Shown here: piece by piece, positions 36,959 to 45,490 of the stretch
How positions within the stretch are numbered: the first letter of the stretch is position 1
How the letters are laid out: every line of letters starts with the position of its first letter
From: Candidatus Sericytochromatia bacterium
Lineage (GTDB): Bacteria; Cyanobacteriota; Sericytochromatia; S15B-MN24; UBA4093
DNA length: 64,000 nt
Direction: 5' to 3'
NCBI GenBank assembly: GCA_036676495.1
Contig: JAKFCT010000031.1
Location: 23,642 to 87,641, forward strand
Program-made: the position numbers and the translations under genes
Notes under the pieces: generated by a model
What the model was told of the DNA's origin: nothing
The model's input: the letters and a program-made list of their open reading frames with translations, nothing else
Databases searched by the model: none

Positions 36959-38758
36959 CTACTGCGAGAGCTCGGCCACCGGGGTGCTCAGGTAGCCCGC
37001 TACCCCCTTGGCGATCGCCTCGGCAGCCCGCTTCTGGTAGTCGCGATCCCCCAGGAGCCCCTCTTCTTCCGGGTTGGAGATGAACCCCGCCTCGATCAGG
37101 GCCGACGGGATCGTCGGATGCCGCAGCACGAAGAGCCGCGCCTCCCGCACGCCCCGATCCGGACGCTGCAGCTCGCTCACCAGCGCATGGTGAATCTGCT
37201 GCGCGAAACTCTGGCTCACCGTCGTCCGGTAGTACGTCTCCAGCCCCAGCGCGCTCGACGCGTCATGCGAGTTCGCATGCACGCTCACCAGCGCATGCGC
37301 CCCCAGCTGGTCGATCATGCGCGCGCGCGCCGCCAGATCCAAGCTCACGTCGCCCGTGCGCGTCAGGACCGCGTTCACGCCGCGCGCCTGCAGCGCCTTT
37401 TGCAGCTTCAGGGCGATCGCCAGGTTCACGTCGCTCTCCTTGGTCCCCCCCGAACCCAAAGCCCCGGGATCGTCCCCGCCATGCCCCGGATCGATCAAGA
37501 CCAGCGGACGCTTGGAGAGCGAAAGCGCCTGAGGCTGAATGGCCAGCACCAGGGTCTTGCCGTCGTCTTCCAGGCGGTTCTGGATGTCGAGCGGACCTTC
37601 CGGCAGCCGCGCTTCCAGCACCCAGAGATCCCCGTCCTCGCGGACTTCCAGGGCCTCGACCTGCCCCTTGGCCTTCGGCAGCTTGCCCTTCAGGGCACCC
37701 GAGGGAATCTGCACCATCAAGCGCGCCGGATCGACCGCTTGCTGGATCTTCAGGCGAAGCGCCCGGTTGCCCTGAAGCTTGAGCTGCGTGCTGCCCCGCG
37801 ATTGAGAGAGCTGGATCCCCACCTCCTCGCGCCCCGGTCTCGCCGCGACGCTTCGAGAGGCCGGCGATTCCTCGGCCTTCGCCTCCAGGGCTTCGGGCTC
37901 CGCAGCCCGGACTCCCTGGGACTTGGTCCCCTGGGACTTGGCCCCATGGGCCTTGGTCTCATGCGGCTTGCTCGCCAGGGTCTTGGCCCCCTGGGGCTTG
38001 GCCCCTTGGGTCTTGGCCGGGGTCGCTGGCTCCGGGCGTGCCGCCACGGCCACTTCCGGGCGCGTCTTGCGCCGGACCGCACCGGAGGCTCGCAGGGAGG
38101 CCGGAGGACCGAAGCGCTCGGGAGGACCATAGGCCTCCGCCACGGCGGCTTGGGGCTTGGCTGCATACTTGGTGGGCCGGTATTCGGGGGCTTGCCGCTC
38201 GGGAGCCTGCCGCTCGGGAGTGGCCCTCGGGGCTTCCTGCGCCGGGACCTCCTCGGGGCGATCCGCTCCCTGGAGCCGGATCACCAGGCGCGGCATCCCG
38301 CGAGGCTGGGTAATCTGAACGGGGACGGGACGATCGCAGTCGATCACGACCCGCAGGAAGCCCTCTTCCGGATGGGCGCCGATCCGGATCTTCTGGATCG
38401 GATCCGTCTCGACCGTGATGGCCTGGGCCAGGTTCGGATCCCCCAGCTCGGCGTCGAAGAGGTCCACTACCACGCGATCCGGCTCGCGCAGGTTGAAACT
38501 GCGGAACCGCAAGAGGCGATCCGAGCCCACGATCAGCCGCTCGCCGTCCCAGCGGAGTTCAGTGACGATCACCGAGTTCGCCGATGGTTCGACGGGGCGG
38601 ACGGAGGTCTTGACGGCCGAAGGCGACCTGGACGGAGCCGCCGCCTGCAGCTCGCCGGCATGCGCCTGGGGCTCGCCTACGAGGATCGCGTAAACGAGCG
38701 CAAGGAAGATGTTGGTAAGCTTCCGTCCCAAGGCGGTCACGATCCTGCTCCTCCCCAT
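36959..38758 (-). CDS. N-acetylmuramoyl-L-alanine amidase (Amidase_3) with AMIN domain and low-complexity linker
   Basis: IDPGHGGDDPGA, E..VNL.IA, SVHAN, LIEAGFISN; AMIN pattern L.EPDRVVVDL...RVVID. Confidence 0.92.
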   Translation of the reverse strand: MGRSRIVTALGRKLTNIFLALVYAILVGEPQAHAGELQAAAPSRSPSAVKTSVRPVEPSANSVIVTELRWDGERLIVGSDRLLRFRSFNLREPDRVVVDLFDAELGDPNLAQAITVETDPIQKIRIGAHPEEGFLRVVIDCDRPVPVQITQPRGMPRLVIRLQGADRPEEVPAQEAPRATPERQAPERQAPEYRPTKYAAKPQAAVAEAYGPPERFGPPASLRASGAVRRKTRPEVAVAARPEPATPAKTQGAKPQGAKTLASKPHETKAHGAKSQGTKSQGVRAAEPEALEAKAEESPASRSVAARPGREEVGIQLSQSRGSTQLKLQGNRALRLKIQQAVDPARLMVQIPSGALKGKLPKAKGQVEALEVREDGDLWVLEARLPEGPLDIQNRLEDDGKTLVLAIQPQALSLSKRPLVLIDPGHGGDDPGALGSGGTKESDVNLAIALKLQKALQARGVNAVLTRTGDVSLDLAARARMIDQLGAHALVSVHANSHDASSALGLETYYRTTVSQSFAQQIHHALVSELQRPDRGVREARLFVLRHPTIPSALIEAGFISNPEEEGLLGDRDYQKRAAEAIAKGVAGYLSTPVAELSQ

Positions 38759-38960
38759 CGCCGCGGGCTCGAAGCGCCGACGGCCGTCTTCGATAAGCCT
38801 ATTCGAATCCCCGCACGGTCGCGGTGCGTTCGGTCACGCGAACGCTCCTTCGGAACCTCGTTTAGTCGCCACGGGGTCGCGGTATATGCTCTTTACTGGA
38901 CCGAAGGTCCTTTTTCTCCCCTCGATTTCATCGCCCTCTCCAGCCCGTAGGGAGCCCTCG

Positions 38961-39917
38961 ATGTCCAGTAATCAATTCGATCGTCTCGCCAAGCTTCCGG
39001 CCCTCCAGGGCTTCACCCCCGAGGAAATGGTCGCCTTCTTCCGGCTCGCCTCCAAGCATGAGCACCAGCCCGGAGACGTGATCATCCGGACCGGAGACGT
39101 CGCGGATTGCTTCTACATCGTCGCGGCGGGCCAGGTCGAGATCTCCCTGAAGCAGCATGGCGCCGTCACGCCCCTGGCCCAGCTTTCGCAGGGTAGCCTC
39201 GTCGGAGAGATGCCCCTCCTGTACAGCCAGCCCGTCCGCCAAGCCGACGCCGTCGTCACCCAGCCCACGACCTTGCTTCGCTTCAACTACGCGGATTACG
39301 AGCAGCTCTCGGCGCAAAACCCCCAACTCGCCAAGAAATTCCGGGGCAACCTGGGTCGGATCGTCGCGGGGCGCGTCTGGAGCACGTTGCCGACCGAGCA
39401 AGCTCCCTCCAAGAGCCTGGATCCGGTGCCGCACGCTCCGGCGCATGCCGATACCGCCAAGCCGCAACCGCTTTCCAACCGGGAAATCATGCGCAAGGCC
39501 AACATCTTCGCCGGCCTCAACGACGACGAGCTGATGCAGCTCGAGGCGATCGCCCTGCCCATGGCCTACGACGCCGGAAAACCCATCGTCCGGACCGGGG
39601 ACCCGGCCAGCGCCTTCTACCTCATCACCACGGGCTACGCGGAGGTCCAGACCCAGCAAGCCGGAAAGACCACGCCACTGGCTCGCCTGGGCGCGGGACA
39701 GGTCTTCGGCGAGATGGCCCTCGTCTACAAGCAGCCGAACCGCACCGCGGACGTGGTCGCCGTGGGCGACCTCAAGCTGCTTTGCTTCCCCTTCGACGAT
39801 TATCAGCGGCTGGCCACCGCCGTCGAGTCCATCGGCCGCCGGATGCGCGGCAACCTCGGCCGCGTCGCTGCCAGCCGCTCCTGGTCGATGCCCGGAGTGG
39901 ACGAGACCCGTCGCTGA
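38961..39917 (+). CDS. Tandem cyclic-nucleotide-binding domain protein
   Basis: Two cNMP domains (II.TGD.A..FYI...G.VE; GEM.L.Y.QP.R.AD); SD aggga before ATG 38961. Confidence 0.88.
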   Translation: MSSNQFDRLAKLPALQGFTPEEMVAFFRLASKHEHQPGDVIIRTGDVADCFYIVAAGQVEISLKQHGAVTPLAQLSQGSLVGEMPLLYSQPVRQADAVVTQPTTLLRFNYADYEQLSAQNPQLAKKFRGNLGRIVAGRVWSTLPTEQAPSKSLDPVPHAPAHADTAKPQPLSNREIMRKANIFAGLNDDELMQLEAIALPMAYDAGKPIVRTGDPASAFYLITTGYAEVQTQQAGKTTPLARLGAGQVFGEMALVYKQPNRTADVVAVGDLKLLCFPFDDYQRLATAVESIGRRMRGNLGRVAASRSWSMPGVDETRR

Positions 39918-39966
39918 CGCGACCCGGCGCTGACGCGACCCGGCGCTGACGCGACCCGGCGCTGAC
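39912..39966. repeat. 16-bp tandem repeat x3.4 between convergent genes
   Basis: cgctgacgcgacccgg at 39912, 39928, 39944 plus a partial copy. Confidence 0.9.
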
Positions 39967-39977
39967 CGAGTCGGGCG

Positions 39978-40946
39978 CTAGAAGTATTTGAGGCGCTTGA
40001 ACCAGGCGACCAGCACGAGGGCGATCGCCAGCATCAGCCCGAGGGCGTAGGGGTAGCCCCAGCGCCACGCCAGCTCCGGCATGACGCGGAAGTTCATGCC
40101 GTAGATGCCGGCCACCAGCGTCACCGACATCAGCACCGCCGAGATGGTGGTCAATCGCTTCATGGTGTCGTTGGTTCGGTTGGCGGCAATCGACATGTAC
40201 GCCTCCACCGCCGAGGCCACCAGGTCCCGGTAGAGGTCGATCGCGTCGGTGACCCGGATCAGGTGGTCGTAGACGTCCTGGAGGTGCAGGAGCGTGTTCT
40301 GCCCGATCAGGGGCACTTCCCGCCGCACCAGCATGACGAAGGCGTCCCGCGTGGGCCCGACCACCCTCCGGAAGAAGAGCAGCTGCTTCTTGAGCGCGAA
40401 GAGGTCGTTGAGGATCCCCGGCTGGTACGCGAAGAAGAGCTGATCCTCCAGCTCCTCGAGCACTTCCTGGAACTCGTCGAGCAGCGGAAAGTAATCGTCG
40501 ACCAGCGTGTCGGCGATCAGGTAGACCAGGTAGCCGGCCCCCTCTTTCGGGGCCGCCGCCGACTCGCTCCAACGCTCCTTGGCAAGCTCCAGGCTCGTCA
40601 CCGGCTGCCGGTGGGAGGTCAGGACGAAGCCCGGAGCCAGGAAGACGTCCACCTCCTTCAGGAGCACCTTGGGAGCGCTGCGTTCGAAGCGGGCATCATA
40701 GAGGACCAGGAAGGCATGCGTGCCGTAATGCTCGAGCTTGGGGCGCTGCCCGCCCTTCAGGGCGTCTTCGAGCGCCAGCGGGTGAAGGCTGTAGAGCGCG
40801 CCGATCCACGCGAGTTCCTCGCGGCTCGGATCCTGGAGGTCCACCCAGACGATCTTTCCCGCGTGGTCTTCCGGGTGGAAGCCCTCGCGCGGTAGGTGGC
40901 TGATGTGGCCGGTGGCCGGATCCATGACGAGCAAGTGAGCGATCAT
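39978..40946 (-). CDS. corA: Magnesium/cobalt transporter CorA
   Basis: LHPLALED, QRPKLE, YGMNF signature, MPEL, two C-terminal TMs. Confidence 0.95.
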   Translation of the reverse strand: MIAHLLVMDPATGHISHLPREGFHPEDHAGKIVWVDLQDPSREELAWIGALYSLHPLALEDALKGGQRPKLEHYGTHAFLVLYDARFERSAPKVLLKEVDVFLAPGFVLTSHRQPVTSLELAKERWSESAAAPKEGAGYLVYLIADTLVDDYFPLLDEFQEVLEELEDQLFFAYQPGILNDLFALKKQLLFFRRVVGPTRDAFVMLVRREVPLIGQNTLLHLQDVYDHLIRVTDAIDLYRDLVASAVEAYMSIAANRTNDTMKRLTTISAVLMSVTLVAGIYGMNFRVMPELAWRWGYPYALGLMLAIALVLVAWFKRLKYF

Positions 40947-41010
40947 GCCGCGATCTTAGCACGTCGCGCCCGCTCCCGGCGCCCGCGACGGCGAGCCCCC
41001 TGGCGGCGGC

Positions 41011-41040
41011 AAAAGGAAAGGACGCCCTTTCGGGCGTCCT
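41011..41040 (-). terminator. Terminator after the zinc-ribbon gene
   Basis: aggacgccc-tttc-gggcgtcct with a T-rich tail on the minus strand. Confidence 0.65.
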
Positions 41041-41078
41041 GCGGCATCAGGGCTAGGGTGAGAGGCGGAGATGAGCCG

Positions 41079-41468
41079 TTAGCGGGCGCGCTTGGGGATG
41101 AGATCCATCCAGTTGCTGCCCAGGTCGGTGAAGAAGTTGTGGGCGTCGATGACTTCGTCGGGGCTGATGGGAGGAAGGCCGGAGAATTTCTCTTCTTCGC
41201 GCCGCGACGAGAAGATGCCGCGGATCCGACCGCCCGTGCTGCCGGCCGGAGTCGCCTCGCGGGTCTCGGCGGGAGCGTCGGAGGACTCGTACTCCACGCC
41301 CACGATGGCCACGCCAGCGGGCTGGTTGCAGGCGATGCAGTGCACGCGCACCACCCAGTAGTCCTTCTCCTCGCGCAAAAGTTTCACCCCTTCGGGAGCA
41401 AAGGCTTCGTTGCAGTGCGCGCAGCGCAGCTTGCGGAAATGCTCTTGAACGACTGAAAAGTTCTTCAT
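41079..41468 (-). CDS. Hypothetical zinc-ribbon protein
   Basis: CAHC...CIAC; C-terminal PISPDEVIDAHNFF; purine-rich SD. Confidence 0.75.
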   Translation of the reverse strand: MKNFSVVQEHFRKLRCAHCNEAFAPEGVKLLREEKDYWVVRVHCIACNQPAGVAIVGVEYESSDAPAETREATPAGSTGGRIRGIFSSRREEEKFSGLPPISPDEVIDAHNFFTDLGSNWMDLIPKRAR

Positions 41469-41732
41469 CTCTCCCCTTCTCCAATGCCAGTCATGATGCC
41501 GTTTTGCGGCTTACCGCCTTCCTACGGGTTCTATACCCTCGGATTTTGGAAATTAATCGCCAGTGTTGACTTGCTGACGGCAGGAAGACGAGCCTTGTCG
41601 CGGCCGGCATGACATAACGTCGGGGTGAGGTCTGGGTTCGAGCCGATCGATCGAAGGTCTCGGCGGAAACGTAACGTTTTCTTGACTCGGGAGGGCGGAA
41701 GCGGAGCCTCCGGCGCTGCGCGGGCGGGGCTG

Positions 41733-41773
41733 AAAAGCAAGAAAGGCCGGTGCTTTCGCACCGACCTTTCTTG
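41733..41773 (-). terminator. Terminator after tRNA-Ser
   Basis: caagaaaggccggtgc/gcaccgacctttcttg stem with a downstream T tract. Confidence 0.7.
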
Positions 41774-41775
41774 AG

Positions 41776-41865
41776 CGGAGAGGGGGGGATTCGAACCCCC
41801 GATACCAGTTAACCCGGTATAACTTCTTAGCAGGAAGCCGCTTTCGACCACTCAGCCACCTCTCC
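41776..41865 (-). tRNA. tRNA-Ser (GCT); CCA not encoded
   Basis: ggagaggtggctgagtggtcgaaagcggcttcctGCTaagaagt, long variable arm, ggttcgaatcc T-loop; promoter TTGATC-N17-TACGGT. Confidence 0.96.
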
Positions 41866-41934
41866 AGATGAGGCGATCCTAACCGTACCATACTGGCGCA
41901 ACGAGATCAAGTCCGCTGCTTCCTGCCTTCGGCC

Positions 41935-42657
41935 CTACGGCTTGCTGAAGACGGCCGCGGAGACCTGGTCGCCGGTCGCGAAGGCATGGGCCTCGATGAG
42001 CTGATCGCGATAAGCCCGGTAACCCGCACTCGGGGGCGTGTAGTCGTCGAAGTTGTCGAGCCACGCCCGCGCGATCCCGGCGTAGGGACTGGCGGGATCC
42101 AGCTTCTTCCTCAGCGCCTCGATGCCCTTTTCAAATTGCAGGGCATGGGTCTGTTCGTGGACGACCGTGTTCAGGAACTCACGGGCGCTGACCATGGATT
42201 TCGGGCCGATGGTGATCTCCCCGCCGTTGCCGGGGGTGAAGCCTCCCTTGTAGGGCCCGTCCTCGAAGCGGAGCGACACCGGCCGGAAGCCGTAGATCTC
42301 CGCCTGGATGTTCGAGATTCGATTTCCGAGCTGCAGCTTGAGGTCCTGCGGGAGGCTCTTCCATGCTTTGATGGCGGCGTTGACTCCCTCATCCTGGCGC
42401 AGCGACGTGATGAGGGCCTCCCGGCTGGCGCGATCGTGGCTCTTCCAGTCGGTGGTGACCGGGCGAGCGGGCACGGGCGGCAGCGGGGCCTCGAGCTGGG
42501 CCTTGAGGCGCTCGAATTGGAGATTCGGAGAGCTCAGGCTGAGGCGATCACGGGCAGCCGCCGGCTTGGGGGCGGGCTGTGGCTGCGGCTGGGCGGCGGG
42601 GGGACGCTTGGGGGCTGTCCCGGTGCGCGGTCGGTTCGTCTCGATGGCTGGGCTCAT
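41935..42657 (-). CDS. Hypothetical HEXXH zincin-like metallopeptidase with disordered N-terminus
   Basis: NTVVHEQTHALQ and downstream YRDQLIEAHAF (third ligand); no Sec signal. Confidence 0.7.
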   Translation of the reverse strand: MSPAIETNRPRTGTAPKRPPAAQPQPQPAPKPAAARDRLSLSSPNLQFERLKAQLEAPLPPVPARPVTTDWKSHDRASREALITSLRQDEGVNAAIKAWKSLPQDLKLQLGNRISNIQAEIYGFRPVSLRFEDGPYKGGFTPGNGGEITIGPKSMVSAREFLNTVVHEQTHALQFEKGIEALRKKLDPASPYAGIARAWLDNFDDYTPPSAGYRAYRDQLIEAHAFATGDQVSAAVFSKP

Positions 42658-42898
42658 GCGGGGCTCTCATGACTCGGGACGTGGGCGCCGCGGGCGATGC
42701 CGGAACGTCTCGGGGAGGGACGACGGGGCTACAAGGAGATTATCCCCAGGATCGCCGAGAACCTACCGAGCCTCCGGCGGCGGAAGCCGGGGCGTGGGAT
42801 TCCGCGGCGCGAACGGGCGCGACGGGCGAGGGAGCTTGGCCGGGGGCGGGGATTTGGAGTAAGATGGAGCCAGACCCCCCCATGGAGGAAGGAACACC

Positions 42899-43222
42899 AT
42901 GAGCAAACCCGTTGCCGTCAACGACGCAGACTTCAACAAAGAGGTCCTCGAAGCCGATAAGCCGGTGCTGGTCGACTTCTGGGCCAGCTGGTGCGGCCCC
43001 TGCCGCATGATCGCTCCGATTCTCGAAGAGATGGCTCAGGAGCATCAGGAGAAGCTCAAGATCGTGAAGATCGATATCGATGCGAACGGTCAGAGCGCCC
43101 AGAAGTACGGCGTCATGAGCATTCCGACCTTGATCCTCTTCAAGGGCGGAGAAGCGGTCGAGCGTCTCGTCGGCTACATGCCCAAGGCGCAGATCGAATC
43201 CAAGGTCATGGGCCAGATCTAG
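42899..43222 (+). CDS. trxA: Thioredoxin
   Basis: [25 protein letters not shown]; SD ggagga. Confidence 0.97.
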   Translation: MSKPVAVNDADFNKEVLEADKPVLVDFWASWCGPCRMIAPILEEMAQEHQEKLKIVKIDIDANGQSAQKYGVMSIPTLILFKGGEAVERLVGYMPKAQIESKVMGQI

Positions 43223-43235
43223 CCACGCGCATTCC

Positions 43236-43284
43236 GACACCCCCCGTCCCGGCGGTTCGCTGCCGGGACGGGGGGTGTTTTTTT
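43236..43284 (+). terminator. Terminator after trxA
   Basis: gacaccccccgtcccggc/gccgggacggggggtgtt stem plus T tract. Confidence 0.85.
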
Positions 43285-44440
43285 AGAGCGAGGTGGTCCG
43301 GGGAGCCCGGCGCGCCTTTTCCCAGGTCACGCTCTGGGCGCCCGTCCAGAAGCGGTACGCTCCGACCAGGGCCGCCGCGTTGAGGAAGGCGAAGTAGAAC
43401 GGGAGGTAAAGCATGGGCGGCCGGATGCCGCGGGCTTGCAGCCTCCATCCCAGCAGGGCCGCCCCGTAGAGGGCGAGCTGAAGCTGCAAGAGCCATGCGT
43501 AGACGGCGCCGCCCTCCCAGGCCAGGAGCATGTTGCACCCGAGGATCACGGGAAGCAGCACCGGCACCAGCACCCAGCGCAGGACCCGGTGGGAGACGTA
43601 CTGGAGCCAGATGAGCGGGCGCGTGGGAATGAGCAACGGCCAGAGCCTGAAGACGGCTTGCCACCCGCCCGCGACGATCCGGGCCTTGCGCTTGAACTCG
43701 TCGGAGATGCTCGCCGAGGCTTCCTCGGTGGCATAGGCCCCGGGCTCGTAGACCACCCGCAGCCCCCGGCTCACCAGCCGCATGCTCATCACGAAGTCCT
43801 CGAGCAGCGTATCGTTCTCCAGCGGCTCGTAAGCCGACCGCCGGACCGCCACCAGCTCGCCGGCCGCCCCCATCACCGAGCTCACCTGCGAGTCCCAGCG
43901 CTTCAGGGCGGACTCGTAGCGCCAGTAGAACCCTTCGCCCGCGCTCACGTCGTCCGCGCCCGGCGCGATCCGCTTCTCCCCCGCCACCCCGCCCACCTGG
44001 GCATCCTGGAAGTGCCGCACGATCCGCCGCAGCGCCTCCGGGTTGAGCATGGCGTTCGCGTCCGAAAAGACCACGATCTCCCCGCTCAGCGTCGGCATCG
44101 CCCGGTTGAGCGCATGGATCTTGCCCCGCCGCTCCGGAGCATGCATCACCCGCAGCCCCGCCACCTCCCCCGCCAGCTCCGCCGTCCGATCCGTCGAACC
44201 ATCCGTCACGATCACCAGCTCGAGCCGATCGCGCGGGTAATCCAAGGCCTGGCTGTTGGCGATCTTGGCGAGGATCACCTCCTCCTCGTTGTACGCCGCC
44301 ACCACCAGCGAAACCCGCGGGAGCGCCCCCTCCCGCATGTCCGGCCGCCGAAACGCCCACGCCAAGACGGCCACGAGCCCCCCGTAGCCCACGTAGGCAT
44401 ACCCCACCAGCATGACGGCGACCCAGAAGACGGCTTCCAT
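43283..44440 (-). CDS. Glycosyltransferase family 2 (membrane-bound, cellulose synthase/IcaA-like)
   Basis: VSLVVAAYNEE, DGSTD, FSDAN, ED, RKARI (QxxRW-like), C-terminal TMs; start ATG 44440. Confidence 0.9.
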   Translation of the reverse strand: MEAVFWVAVMLVGYAYVGYGGLVAVLAWAFRRPDMREGALPRVSLVVAAYNEEEVILAKIANSQALDYPRDRLELVIVTDGSTDRTAELAGEVAGLRVMHAPERRGKIHALNRAMPTLSGEIVVFSDANAMLNPEALRRIVRHFQDAQVGGVAGEKRIAPGADDVSAGEGFYWRYESALKRWDSQVSSVMGAAGELVAVRRSAYEPLENDTLLEDFVMSMRLVSRGLRVVYEPGAYATEEASASISDEFKRKARIVAGGWQAVFRLWPLLIPTRPLIWLQYVSHRVLRWVLVPVLLPVILGCNMLLAWEGGAVYAWLLQLQLALYGAALLGWRLQARGIRPPMLYLPFYFAFLNAAALVGAYRFWTGAQSVTWEKARRAPRTTSL

Positions 44441-44713
44441 CGCCCACCCCCGCGCCCCAACCCCGGTCTCTTGCCCGCTTCTTGGCCCCGCTCGCCGCCG
44501 GGCCCCGGCCCTTCCCGCATGACGCTCCTCCCACCCTAGGCGAGCTCGCCGGATCCGCCTAGGGCGCGAGGACCAAAAAAACCTGCGAGGGCACGCAAAG
44601 CCAACTTCCCGCCCCCTGCCTCCCTCAAGCGCTCTCGCGGTCCCAAAGGCGCCGATCCCCGCCCCTGGCCACTTTGCCTGTGGTACAATGTTGGCCTGCG
44701 AAGGAGGGAAGCA

Positions 44714-45424
44714 GTGGAGACCCAGATCCGCTACGTCACCGGGCGGACCGCGCGCGCGCGGATTCGCGGAGGCCAGCTCATCGTCACCATGCCCCGACAC
44801 TGGCCCCGGGCCGAACAGGAAAGCACCCTCGCCAAGTTCACCCGCTGGGCCCAGAAACAAGCCCAGTCCCTCCACGCCCTCCCCCCGCCCGACTCCACCA
44901 CCCCCGTCTCCCTCGACGCCCTCGTCGAGACCGTCGCCCGCATCAACCGCGACACCCTCAACGTCACCTACCACGGCGTCCGCATCGGACGCTCCCGCTA
45001 CACCCGCCTCGCCCAGGTCAACCTCAAGACCCGGGTCCTCACCTTCTCGCGCTTCGCCATCGACGGCCTACCCGAGCGCGCCCTGCGCTACCTGATCCTC
45101 CACGAGCTCGCCCACCTCATCGTCCCCAACCACTCCGCCAAGTTCTGGGCCCTCGTCGCCCGCTACGAACCCGATTACCGCCAGCAGCGCCAGATCGCCC
45201 AGAACCACTACCAGCGCATGGCCGCCGCCAGCGAGCCCCCCGCACCCTCGCTGCTAGACGCCCTGCCTCACGACGCGCCGCCTCACGACGCCCCAAGGGC
45301 CGACGCGTCGCGCCTCGAGTCCAGCCGGCCGGCCGATCTCCTCTCGGAGGCCCCCATCCCGAAACGCCCCGCCGCAAAAAAAGGCCGGGGCAATGCCCGG
45401 CCTTTCCAACTGTCGCTATTTTGA
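44714..45424 (+). CDS. YgjP/DUF45 (M48-like, WLM-related) metallopeptidase
   Basis: LRYLILHELAHL..PNHSAKFWALV..Y.PDY; SD aaggagg; TG-n-TACAAT upstream; ends in QLSLF. Confidence 0.85.
   Translation: METQIRYVTGRTARARIRGGQLIVTMPRHWPRAEQESTLAKFTRWAQKQAQSLHALPPPDSTTPVSLDALVETVARINRDTLNVTYHGVRIGRSRYTRLAQVNLKTRVLTFSRFAIDGLPERALRYLILHELAHLIVPNHSAKFWALVARYEPDYRQQRQIAQNHYQRMAAASEPPAPSLLDALPHDAPPHDAPRADASRLESSRPADLLSEAPIPKRPAAKKGRGNARPFQLSLF
45376..45405 (-). terminator. Terminator for the convergent 45491-47095 gene
   Basis: aaaggccggg(g)caatgcccggccttt hairpin with an A7 flank. Confidence 0.6.
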
Positions 45425-45490
45425 TCCCCGTAATGCCTGCTTAGCCGCAGGCGCTATTTTAATTCCCGTGGTGCGTGCGCGGCCGCCGCG

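Noticed and set aside
39912-39966. Possible CRISPR array (also 55150-55212)
   Set aside because: Repeats are directly adjacent with no unique spacers and there are no cas genes; these are simple tandem repeats
43950-45250. Strongly C-rich plus strand suggesting foreign DNA
   Set aside because: Explained by local codon choice in the divergent GT2 and YgjP genes; no mobility genes or boundaries
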